The position numbers and the translations under genes were made by a program. Shown piece after piece: positions 24,377 through 35,472 of a DNA stretch of 64,000 nucleotides (position 1 is its first letter; every line of letters starts with the position of its first letter). The notes below the pieces were generated by a model. That model made no database searches. It worked only from the letters and a program-made list of their open reading frames with translations, and was not told where the DNA came from. The stretch comes from Mobula hypostoma. Its lineage: Eukaryota. Location: NCBI RefSeq assembly GCF_963921235.1, contig NC_086097.1:63180001-63244000 (forward strand), given 5' to 3'.

Positions 24377-26943
24377 GCATCAAGCAAAACACAGCCAGCT
24401 TCCAGTCCAGCCAACTCAGCCACTCCCTTCTCAGACGCCGGATTGCCAGGCCACTCCTGAACGGAGCACGACTCCCGACCAGCCTTTAGATATTGCTCCC
24501 ATCTTAAACTGTTTAAAAGCAATTTCTTTGCCAGGTGCTGACGTTATCATTTAATTTAATTGGCCTCCTGACAGCTTGGTTGCTGAATAAGTATGATTGC
24601 AGTAATATTCACCTGTGAGAAGTAGCCAATTAAAAGTTCAAAGCCCAACAAAGGTTTCTCCTCAACCAACATTAGGTTTTAATTTCCAATCAGGAATCAG
24701 CAGTACGAACTGCACCAGTGAAATGGTGCATTTACACACTCATTCATGTGATGTGCAGAGAATCTGCATGAGTCATGGATTTACAGCAGTGCACACTAAT
24801 TCAAGATTTACAGTGGGTTTGCATCAGTTGTGGATTCTTAGAGTTATAGAGTACTACAGCACAGAAACAGGTCCTTCGGCCCATCAAGTCCACGCTGAAC
24901 TGTTATTCCCAATGGCCAGCACCTGGACCATAGCATCCATACCTCTCCCATCCACGTACTTGTCCAAATTTCACTTAAATGTTAAAATCAAACTCAGATC
25001 CACCACTTCCGATGGCAGCTTGTTCCACACTCTCGCCACCCTCTGAGTGAAGAAGTTCACCTTCAGGTTCCGTTTCAATAGGTACAGAGGAGAAGTCGGG
25101 CTAAGTTTTTTACTTAGAGAGTGGTGAGTATGTGGAATGAGCTTCCAGGAACGGTGGCGGAGGCGGAAACGATAGGGTCTTTTAAGAGGCTCCTGGACAA
25201 GTACATGGAGTTCAGTAAAATAGAGCGCTGTGGGCAACTCTAGGTAATTTCTAATGTAAGGACATGCTTGGCACAACTTTGTGGGCCAAAGGGTCTGTGT
25301 TGTGCTGTAGGTTTTCTATGTTTCTAGGTCTATGCTTCTATGTTTCTAAATATTTCACCTTGCACCCTTAACCTATGACTTCTAGTCCTAGTCTCACCCA
25401 ACCTCAGTGAAAAAAGCGTGCTTTCATTTAGCCTATTGATATCCTCATAATTTTGTGTACCTCTATCAATTCTCTCCTCATTCTCCTGTGCTCTAGGAAT
25501 GAAGTCCTAACTTATTCAACCTTTCCCTATAACTCAACTCTTCAAGTGCCAGCAACATCCTTGTAAAATTTCTCTGAACTGTTTCAATCTTATTGATATT
25601 TTTCCTGCAGATAGGTGACCAGAATTACACACTATACTCCAAATTAAGCCTCACTGGCGTCTTATACAACCTCAACATAACTTCCCAACTCCTGTATTTA
25701 GTATTTTGATTTATGAGGACCTTTGTGTCAAAAGCTGTCTTTATGATGCTGTCTACCTGTGATGCCACTTTGATGAAATGATGGATCTGTATTCCCAGAT
25801 CCTTCTGTTCTACCACATCATCAGTGCCCTATTGCTCCCCATGTAAGGCCTACCCTGGTTTGTCCTCTCTCATACCTATCTGCATTAAATTCCATCTGGC
25901 AGTTTTCAGCCCATTTTTTCAGCTGGTCCAAATCCCACTGCAAACATTGACAGCCTACCTCAGTGTCCACTATGCCCCCAAACTTGGTTTACAGTTTACT
26001 ACATTATCATCCAGACCATCGATATAGATAACAACCAACCATCAATATAGATAACAAACAACTGACGCAGCACTAATCCCTGCAGCACATCTCTAGTTAC
26101 GGGCCTCCAGTCAAAGAGGCAACCTTCTACTACCACTCTCAGCCCTCTCATGTGAAGACGATTTGCTGCCTCTTCCTCAATGCCAAGCAGCTGAACTACC
26201 TTGACCAGCGTTCCATGAGGAACTTTGTCAAAGGCTTTGCTGAAATTTGTCAAAGGCCTTGCTGAAGACCATGTGAACAATAGCCACTGACTTTCCTTCA
26301 TCAATTGGTAACCTTCTCAATAAACTTTTTAAAATTGGTTAGACATGACTTACCATGCACAAAGCCATGTTGACTATCCCTAATCAGGCCCTCACTATCC
26401 AAGTACTTATATTTTGTTCCTTAGAATACTTTCCAGTTATTTATCCACTACTGACTTGGGCTCACTGGCCTATAATTTCCCAACTTAATCTTAAAGTCTT
26501 TATTAAGCAAAGGAACAACATTAGCTATCCTCCAGACATCCTCATCTGTGGCTAAGGATGTATTATATGCTTCTACCAGGGCCACTACAATTTCTTCCTA
26601 GCCTCCCACAAGGTCTGAGGGGACACCCTGCAGATTTATCAACCCTAATTTGCCTGAAGACAGCAAGCACCTCATCCGCTATAATCCACATACTGTCCAT
26701 GGCCACTGATGTTTTGCCTCAATTCAATAGACCTTGTGTTCTACAAATGCTTTTCCAAGTGAATACAGATGCACAAAATCCATTTCAGATCTCCCCCATC
26801 TGTTTCGGTTCCATACATAGATAACCACGCTGATATTCAAGAGGCAAACAACAGGAATTCTGCAGATGCTGGAAATTCAAGCAACACACATCAAAGTTGC
26901 TGGTGAATGCAGCAGGCCAGGCAGCATCTCTAGGAAGAGGTAC

Positions 26944-26979
26944 AGTCGACGTTTCAGGCCGAGACCCTTCGTCAGGACT
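26944..26979 (-). ncRNA. Minimal type-I hammerhead ribozyme motif (Penelope terminal repeat)
   Basis: Reverse complement AGTC-CTGACGA-AGGgtctcggCCT-GAAA-CGTC-GACT. Confidence 0.7.
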
Positions 26980-27400
26980 AACTGAAGGAAGAGTTAGTAA
27001 GAGATTTGAAAGTGGGAGGGGGAAGGGGAGATCCAAAATGACAGGAGAAGACAGGAGGGGGAGGGATGGAGCCAAGAGCTGGACAGGTGATTGGCAAAGG
27101 GGATATGAGAGGATCATGGGACAGGAGGCCTGGGGAGAAAGACAAGTGGGGGGGGACCCAGAGGATGGGCAAGGGGTATAGTCATAGTCCCTCTGACTAT
27201 ACCCCTTGCCCATCCTCTGGTCCCCCCCCCGCCCTTGGCTTTCTCCCCAGACCTTCTGTCCCATGATCCTCTCCTATCCCCTTTGCCAATCACCTGTCCA
27301 GCTCTTGGCTCCATCCCTCCCCCTCCTGTTTTCTCCTATCATTTTGGATCTCCCCCTCCCCTTCCCACTTTCAAATCTCTTACTAACTCTTCCTTCAGTT

Positions 27401-27436
27401 AGTCCTGACGAAGGGTCTCGGCCTGAAACGTCGACT
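27401..27436 (+). ncRNA. Minimal type-I hammerhead ribozyme motif (Penelope terminal repeat)
   Basis: AGTC-CTGACGA-AGGgtctcggCCT-GAAA-CGTC-GACT: CUGANGA and GAAA core, stem I AGTC/GACT, stem II AGG/CCT. Confidence 0.7.
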
Positions 27437-27978
27437 GTACCTCTTCTTAGAGATGCTGCCTGGCCTGCTGCATTCACCAGCAACTTTGATGTGAGTTGCT
27501 TGATGTTCAAGAGGACTAATTTTATCCCTTGGTATCATTTTGCTCTTACTATATATCTAGAAGCCCTTGGGATTCTCCTTCACTTTGTTGCCAGAGCAAC
27601 CTCGTGCCTTTTTCTCGGCCTCCTGACTTCCCTCCTAAAGCAGGGTTCATGGCCGGGTCTGCTTTAGTAGCAAACTCAGAGCAAGTTCATATTGTCTGGA
27701 ACTTGAAACAAGTCCCCTTTGGTCTGGAATATATGACAGGTGATAGGGTCATGACAGGGCCTTGACACCTGTTTCATATTAGTTCAGGATATAGAATAGG
27801 TCAGCATTATTCCTGGATGGTCTGGGGCATTAATCAATGATTTACTGTGGGTCTCTATTAGGCCAGGAAGTAGCATGGTTCCATAATAGTTCAGGGTCTG
27901 GACTTGCACCATTTCTGTATTAGCTTTGGATTTACATTGGATTTGTGTTATTCTGGCACTTGAAGTGGATCTACATTT

Positions 27979-29988
27979 GGGGGGGCGTCACGTGATGACG
28001 TGGGATTGAGATGTGTAAATCCAGCTCTCCTGTAAAAAATCAGCAAAGTACCGTTTAAACAAAGTAAAGTTAATAAATACTTTCCAAAAACTACTTATAC
28101 ACTTCGTAAGACTACTCTACGATGTGCCTCGTAAACCGCAACAGAAGAAGTCTGTTGTTGTGAAGTGGCTGCGAGATGGGAAGGAAAAAGGGCCTACTGC
28201 AGCGGTGGAGCCTCGGATTCAGGTTGGATCTCCTTCGGAGGAGACGTATTTTATCTCTGGCGTAGAAGAACAGGGAGCAATGGCGGCGGTAGCGGTCTCT
28301 CAAAAGATGATGCCAGAATTGCGCATACGCAAAGAAGTACGCATGCGTAAATCGACACAATTTAAACTACAAGAACCGACGGCCACTGCAACTGAATGTG
28401 ACTCGGAGTCAGAATTGGATATCGCAGAGAATACAGATGAAGAAGAGGAGGAAGAACTGGAAGAGACTGGAAGTAAAGGAGATGACGGAGACATAAGGGA
28501 GGCTTTATTGCAATTAACGGCTGAACTAAGAAAATTAAGAACAGAGCTTAGAGACGTGAAGATGTGCTATGATAAAGCTATGAAAAGACAGGATAAAATG
28601 GATAAGAAATTTCAGAAGATGGAAAGAACAATGGAGCATATTAACAATAGAGTGGAAAAAACAGAAAATAATGTGCTCGTCTGGAACATGGAAAGAAATC
28701 GACTCTTGGAGAAAGTGGATGTGTTGGAAAATTTTAGTAGACGTAATAATATTAAAATTGTTGGTCTTAAAGAAGGTATAGAGGGAGATAATCCAATAGA
28801 ATTTTTTCAAAGATGGATCCCGAAAACCTTGCAAATGAAAGAGGAAGACCGATCAATTGAAATTGAGCGGGTACATAGAGCTCTAAGACCAAAACCACAA
28901 GATGACCAATATCCACGATCAATTTTAATAAAATTCTTAAGATTTCAAGACAAAGAAAGGATTCTACAGGCGGCTGCCCAAGCTGCCAAGAAGAGAAAAG
29001 GGCCACTGATGATAGAAGGGAAGAAAATTTTTTTCTACCCTGACATAAGTTATGAACTTTTGAAGAGAAGGAAGAAATTTAATCCAGTGGAAAAAGCCCT
29101 ATGGAATCGCGGTTATCAATTTATATTGCGTTATCCTGCAACCTTGAAGATTTTTTTGCCTGGTGGAGAGAAAAGATTTTTTGACGATTACTGGAAAGTG
29201 GGGGAGTTTGTGTGAGATTCTTTGAATATTCACTAGATACAAGAACAAAACCAGGGGAGCAAGATGGATTGAAGATGAAGACTGGATCAAGGATTAGGCC
29301 TGTTGGATTTTTAGGTGGATGAATATATAAATATCTTACTAATTATATGAGGGAGGGGAAGAAAGGTTAAAATTTGAGGAATATTAGCTGGAAATAATGA
29401 CATTAATTTTTTTATATATATACAATTTTTTGTTACGGGGGAGTTGGAAGAAACACTGACCAATCGCTATGTTATTCATGTGTGCAAGCGTGGCAATAGC
29501 CACGACCCGCACAATGGAGGGGGGTAGTGTTGTGTATCTTTTCATTCACAATTAGTGGGGGTATTTTGTTTTTTCTTTTTTTGTATCTTATCTATCTTTT
29601 TTTTTCTTTTTGCCTGGATGATTGGGAGGGAAACACATAGCAACATGGTGAAGTTCAAAGAGATTCCCCAGGGAACTATGAGAGTTGAGGAGCTAAGTAG
29701 TGTTTTAGATTTTAAGAGATAAATATGAAACATTTTTGGATATTTGGAGCCCTTATTTACAGCTCCGATGATGAAGATCTTGGTTCCTTGGGGAAAGTAA
29801 CAAATATATATTAAATTTATTTTTAATCCCATGGAGCGTGTGCAAACCTTCCAATATTCAGGTGGTTCATTTTTTTTCTTCTTTTTTTCTTTTTTCTTTA
29901 GGTAGGAGTATATATCGGGGGGAGGGTAGATATTATTTTCTCATGTATTCACTTTGAAAACTCAATAAAAATTATATATTAAAAAAAA
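27979..29988 (+). mobile_element. ORF1-only L1-clade element (HAL1-like, ORF2 internally deleted)
   Basis: TSD GAAGTGGATCTACATTT(G) at 27962 and 29989; G-rich 5' end; AATAAA and poly-A; ORF2 C-terminal remnant DKYETFLDIWSPYL near 29720-29760. Confidence 0.88.
28124..29215 (+). CDS. L1 ORF1p (coiled coil, RRM, CTD)
   Basis: LENFSRRNNIKIVGLKEG, IERVHR, PRSILIKF, FYPDIS, LRYPATLKI; open 363 codons (start codon uncertain). Confidence 0.9.
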   Translation: MPRKPQQKKSVVVKWLRDGKEKGPTAAVEPRIQVGSPSEETYFISGVEEQGAMAAVAVSQKMMPELRIRKEVRMRKSTQFKLQEPTATATECDSESELDIAENTDEEEEEELEETGSKGDDGDIREALLQLTAELRKLRTELRDVKMCYDKAMKRQDKMDKKFQKMERTMEHINNRVEKTENNVLVWNMERNRLLEKVDVLENFSRRNNIKIVGLKEGIEGDNPIEFFQRWIPKTLQMKEEDRSIEIERVHRALRPKPQDDQYPRSILIKFLRFQDKERILQAAAQAAKKRKGPLMIEGKKIFFYPDISYELLKRRKKFNPVEKALWNRGYQFILRYPATLKIFLPGGEKRFFDDYWKVGEFV

Positions 29989-30379
29989 GAAGTGGATCTA
30001 CATTTGAACTATGCATACAGCTGGTCAGCAATATTCCAAGACTTACACTAATTCTGTACTTTTAAGGAGTTAAAGTGGATATGCATTGGTCCAGAACATA
30101 CACCATGTCAGAGAATTGTGGATTAATACAGCAGGGAGATAGGGTCTTTGGCCTGCCGTGTCTTCTATGCCTGGCATCTGAAGTAATTCTCTAAATGTTT
30201 CTTACATGTAGTGAGAATCTCCAGTTCTAATTCAGGCAGTGCTTTTCAGATTTCAAACAGCTTACTGCCATTCATGAATGAAAATAACATATTTAGTGCA
30301 CCCTAGTCATCTGGCACCTCTTCTGTGGCCAGAGAATGCTGGAAATTTATGTCAGAATCCCAAGAGTTTTGCTGGAAAG

Positions 30380-30610
30380 TGATAGATGAACTCAGGTGAG
30401 AGGGAAGCTAATCTTTCAGTTTGCACTCCTTCCCCTCCCCCATTTTCTTATTCTGGCTTCTTCACCCTTCCTTCCCAGTCCTAGTGAAAAGCCCTGGCTC
30501 AAAATGTCAACTCTTTATTCAGCTCTTTAGATGCTGCCTGACCTGCTGAATTCCTCCAGCGTTTTGTGTGTGTTATTCTGGATTTACAGCAGCTGCAGAA
30601 TTTCCTGTGT
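30380..30610 (+). repeat. Degraded Penelope terminal-repeat / SINE-like fragment
   Basis: TAGATGCTGCCTGACCTGCTGAATTCCTCCAGC similar to Penelope 3' ends in this window. Confidence 0.55.
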
Positions 30611-31654
30611 TTATATTCAAACACCCACCTCACCAAACATTTCTGCCCCTTTGTGCCCTACTGAATCTATACACAATCTGTCTACTAGACAGATTTAATT
30701 TTCCTTCTATGTTTGGTTGTCACTCTACCGACACCCCCCGCCTAACTACCACTCCAGCCCAAGTGCATTGCTACCCTCTGTCTCATTCCCCTGCCAAGTT
30801 AGTTTGTAGTTTCCCCAGAAGTTACTGTAAGCCGTCCCAGAGAGAATTGCAGTTTACGTTTATTTTGGATTCAAGTTGTTCTGGGGTTATAGTGGGATTG
30901 TGATATTCTATATCTTACCGTTAGTTGGGCCAGGATTTAAACATACCTGTGTTAGTTCAATATGTCTACATTACTACAGGAACTGCAGTCAGCCTGTATT
31001 AATCCAGGATTTGCACTCATTTCATGTTAGACTGGGACTCACAACATGTCAGCTATAGTTGGGGATATACTTGCCTGGGTAAGGAAATCCTCCTCTGAAA
31101 CCAAGCTCAATTCTATTTATTGAGTGTTTCAAGTAGCAACGTCTCAGTTTTCTCCACTAACACAATTAAACCTAGATTCCAGGAAATGTTTTTCAAGATT
31201 TAATCAGAACATCTTAAGAGCTTTACACACAATATCTACAAAATAATGGTTCTCTGCCAACCGGCCCATCATTTAGCACCAACAATTAAGGTCCACAAGA
31301 GTTAAGAAAAGTGGACTACCTGTGAGGCCAGCACTCAGCAAAGACAGACAGTGATGACGAAATTCAGTATCACTAGATTGCTACCCCCAACATTATCTCT
31401 GCAACCTCCTCCAAACCACTGGAAGAATGACAGAACTACGTTTGTGTCCTCTTCTAGGCCACCATCCACAACAGCAAGGCTCTAACTATGTTCAGTCAAC
31501 TCCATTATGCAGGCTTAATCAATTACATTCTGACACTGGACTCCTGAAACAGACTACATTCCCCGCTCCATCATGGCTAGAGATAACCAGGAAGACAAAG
31601 GAATATATTCAAACATTTTCTCAAGTACTTGGAAAATGGTAATATCTCCACTCA

Positions 31655-32200
31655 CTACCTGCTGTACCTAAAAAAGTGGCCACTGACTATATGTTTGTGG
31701 ACTTCGCTGCTGTAGCCTATCCACTTCAAAGTTTGACATGTGCATACAGATAAGCTCATCTGCACACCACCGTTGTAACACATGGTTATTTGAGTTACTG
31801 TCACATTCTTGTCAGTTTGAAATATTCTGGCTATTTTCCTCTGGCCTCTCTCATTAACAGGTCATTTTGCCCACAACACTGCTGCTCATTGGATGTTTTT
31901 AGTTTTTCATACCATTCTCTGTAAACTCTAGAGATTGGTCTATGTGAAAATCTCAGGCAATGGGCAGTTTCTGAGGTACTCAAATCACCCCATCTGGCAC
32001 CAACAATTTTTCCACAATCAAAGTCACTTAGCTCACATTTCTTCCCCACTTTGATCTTTGGTCTGAACAACAGCTGAATTTCTTGACCATGTCTGCAGGC
32101 CTTTATGCATTGAGTTGCTGCCACATGACTGGCTGATTGGATATTGGCATTTATGAGCAGGTGTACATGTGGACCTAATAAAGTGGCTACTGAGGGTATA
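31655..32200 (-). mobile_element. Non-autonomous Tc1/mariner-derived element
   Basis: HTH-like GKKCELSDFDCGKIVGAR...SETA...FSHRPISRVYREW; repeated ACCTAA(T/A)AAAGTGG(C)CACTGA motif at ~31666 and ~32173. Confidence 0.7.
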
Positions 32201-32999
32201 CCCAAAATGCTATTGAAAAATCCACATCCCTTAGTTGGGAGCAACCCAGCAAAAAGTGGAAGGAGCTCATTCCCTACCAACTACTCAACCACACCCACCA
32301 CCATCATTCCCGGCACTCTTATGTTTGTAATTCAAGCACATAAAAACTAGTTGAAAGGAAAACAAAGGAGGAGAAAGACGAAAATCTTAGTTTGTTTTTA
32401 CACTTAAGTGAGGTGCGCACGTAACGCGTAGTTTTGTGAAGGCATATGCCATTTACGTACTTTTACATATAACCCACAATGCATTGTGTAAACAACAGAG
32501 AATGCTTAATCAAACAATATAATTACAATATCACTCAAACATTACTGAAATATTAAATACACAAGCACCTCTTGCTCAACTATAGCATTATTAGACACCA
32601 TTATTAGAATCACCGAACAGATGTTGAAGCAAGCCATCCACAATGCTCTGTGGTTACCCAGGAAGTGGAAGGATTGGTAATATCATTGTTGCCACATATC
32701 TTTGCTCTCAGTTGACTCTGTTGGACAAGCCACATCACTCGCATGACTGACTTCAGACTCCTGAAATGAACACTCTATTCATAGCTCTATTTATGGGGAA
32801 ACTACCTGGCAAACAGAAAAAGAGATTCAAGGAAAAGAAGACCTAATGAAAAACCTAGGGATCATGCGTTCAGATTAACATTAATATTTAATAATATGAA
32901 GTCATAATTAAGTCAAACTTCTTCAGCACTGCCAATTTAATTTTACAGCATAGAATTATTGTGAGACATTTAAATCTCTATCCATCACATTCATTATCT

Positions 33000-33170
33000 C
33001 ATTACTACTACTACTAATACCACTACATCGACTCAGGCCTAGGGGGCCAGCGTTGGGCACGATGACGGACTCTCCACTTCTCCCTCTCCCTCATCAGTGT
33101 GTTCAGTTCATCTACATTAGCCGCGCCGCTGTCTTCTAGGAGCGTGTTGACCATAGTCTTGGGAGGGCGC
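33000..33170 (-). mobile_element. RTE-like LINE 3' fragment
   Basis: RPPKTMVNTLLEDSG...LMREREKWR; (TAC)n tail. Confidence 0.6.
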
Positions 33171-33202
33171 TCACTGAGATACCCATAAACAGCCTCAATG
33201 AA

Positions 33203-35472
33203 CACTCTGCTCTCCACTCCCTCCGCACTAATCCTAACCTTATTATTAAACCCGCTGATAAGGGGGGTGCTGTTGTAGTCTGGCGTACTGACCTCTACCT
33301 TGCCGAGGCGCAGCGACCACTCGCGGATACCTCCTCTTATTTACCCCTCGATCGTGACCCCACTAAGGAGCACCAGGCCATTGTCTCCCACACCATCACC
33401 GACTTTATCCGCTCAGGGGATCTCCCATCCACTGCTACCAACCTTATAGTTCCCACACCCCGCACTTCCCGTTTCTACCTCCTACCCAAGATCCACAAAC
33501 CTGCCTGTCCTGGCCGACCTATTGTCTCAGCTTGCTCCTGCCCCACCAAACTCGTTTCTGCATACCTCGACACTGTTTTATCACCCCTTGTTCAATCCCT
33601 TCCGACCTATGTTCATGACACTTCTCACACTCTTAAACTTTTTGATGATTTTAAGTTCCCTGGCCCCCACCGCTTTATTTTCACCATGGATGTCCAGTCC
33701 TTATATACTTCCATCCCCCATCAGGAAGGTCTCAAAGCTCTACGCTTCTTTCTGGATTCCAGACCTAATCAGTTCCCCTCTACCACCACTCTGCTCCGTC
33801 TAGCGGAATTAGTCCTTACTCTTAATAATTTCTCCTTTTGCTCCTCCCATTTCCTCCAAACTAAAGGTGTAGCTATGGGCACCCATATGGGTCCTAGCTA
33901 TGCCTGCCTTTTTGTTGGGTTTGTGGAACAATCTATGTTCCGTGCCTATTCTGGTATCTGTCCCCCACTTTTCCTTCGCTACATCGACGACTGCATTGGT
34001 GCTGCTTCCTGCACGCATGCAGAACTCGTTGACTTTATTAACTTTGCCTCCAACTCTCACCCTGCCCTCAAGTTTACCTGGTCCATTTCCAACACCTCTC
34101 TCCCCTTTCTAGATCTTTCTGTCTCTGTCTCTGGAGACAGCTTATCCACTGATGTCTACTATAAGCCTACTGACTCTCACAGTTATCTGGACTATTCCTC
34201 TTCTCACCCTATCTCTTGCAAAAACGCCATCCCCTTTTCGCAATTCCTCCGTCTCCGCCGCATCTGCTCTCAGGATGAGGCTTTTCATTCTAGGACGAGG
34301 GAGATGTCTTCATTTTTTAAAGAAAGGGGCTTCCCTTCCTCCACTATCAACTCTGCTCTTAAACGCTTCTCCCCCATTTCACGTACATCTGCTCTCACTC
34401 CATCCTCCCACCACCCCACTAGGAATAGGGTTCCCCTGGTCCTCACCTACCACCCCACCAGCCTCCGGGTCCAACATATTATTCTCCGTAACTTCCGCCA
34501 CCTCCAACGGGATCCCACCACTAAGCACATCTTTCCCTCCCCCCCCCCTGCATTCCGCAGGGATCGCTCCCTACACAACTCCCTTGTCCATTTGTCCCCC
34601 CCATCCCTCCCCACTGATCTCCCTCCTGGCACGTATCCGTGTAAGCGGAACAAGTGCTACACATGCCCTTACACTTCCTCCCTTACCACCATTCAGGGCC
34701 CCAAACAGTCCTTCCAGGTGAGGCATCACTTCACCTGTGAGTCGACTGGGGTGATATACTGCATCCGGTGCTCCCGATGTGGCCTTTTATATATTGGTGA
34801 GACCCGACGCAGACTGGGAAACCGCTTTGCTTAACATCTACGCTCTGTCCGCCAGAGAAAGCAGGATCTCCCAGTGGCCACACATTTTAATTCCACATCC
34901 CATTCCCATTCTGACATGTCTATCCATGGCCTCCTCTACTGTAAAGATGAAGCCACACTCAGGTTGGAGGAACAACACCTTATATTCCGTCTGGGTAGCC
35001 TCCAACCTGATGGCATGAACATCGACTTCTCTAACTTCCGCTAAGGCCCCACCTCCCCCTCGTACCCCATCTGTTACTCATTTTTATGCACACATTCTTT
35101 CTCTCACTCTCCTTTTTCTCCCTCTGTCCCTCTGAATATACCTTTTGCCCATCCTCTGGGTCACCCCCCCCCCTTGTCTTTCTTCCCGGACCTCCTGTCC
35201 CATGATCCTCTCGTATCCCCTTTTGCCAATCACCTGTCCAGCCCTCGGCTCTATCCCTCCCCCTCCTGTCTTCTCCTATCATTTTGCATCTCCCCCTCCC
35301 CCTCCAACTTTCAAATCCCTTACTCACTCTTCCTTCAGTTAGTCCTGACGAAGAGTCTCGGCCTGAAACGTCGACTGCGCCTCTTCCTATAGATGCTGCT
35401 TGGCCTGCTGCGTTCACCAGCAACTTTGATGTATGTTGCTTGAATTTCCAGCATTTGCAGAATTCCTGTTGT
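33203..35472 (+). mobile_element. Penelope-like element (5'-truncated): RT, GIY-YIG endonuclease, terminal repeat
   Basis: IIKPADKGG, FYLLPKIHK, MDVQSLYTSIP, GVAMGT, LRYIDD, VIYCIRC...LYIGET; stop at 34832; possible TSD TCAATGAA (33195-33202, 35473-35480). Confidence 0.92.
35341..35376 (+). ncRNA. Minimal hammerhead ribozyme motif (stem II mismatch)
   Basis: AGTC-CTGACGA-AGAgtctcggCCT-GAAA-CGTC-GACT. Confidence 0.6.

Larger units (their letters stand above)
19092..24484 (-). mobile_element. Full-length Nimb/I-clade LINE with RNase H
   Basis: Perfect 13-bp TSD TTTAGATATTGCT (19079-19091, 24485-24497); ORF1 and ORF2; (AGAC)n tail; GGTGGCGGTAATGCACC 3' motif. Confidence 0.93.
26845..27500. mobile_element. 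Penelope-like terminal repeats in inverted arrangement
   Basis: Arms ~26881-27184 and 27194-~27500 are reverse complements and match 35125-35470; flanked by TGATATTCAAGAGG (26831-26844) / TGATGTTCAAGAGG (27501-27514). Confidence 0.88.
24840..27640 (-). mobile_element. Degraded CR1 LINE carrying a plus-strand CR1 3' fragment (~25060-25350) and a Penelope palindrome
   Basis: FSKAFDKVPHG, LYKTPVRLNLEY, FFTQRVARVWNKLP. Confidence 0.75.

Noticed and set aside
26785..27667. Cluster of mirrored ORFs on both strands
   Set aside because: Product of the Penelope inverted repeat
32380..32563. Possible solo LTR on the minus strand
   Set aside because: Only one end (TGTGTATTTAATATTTC) looks LTR-like; no partner or TSD found
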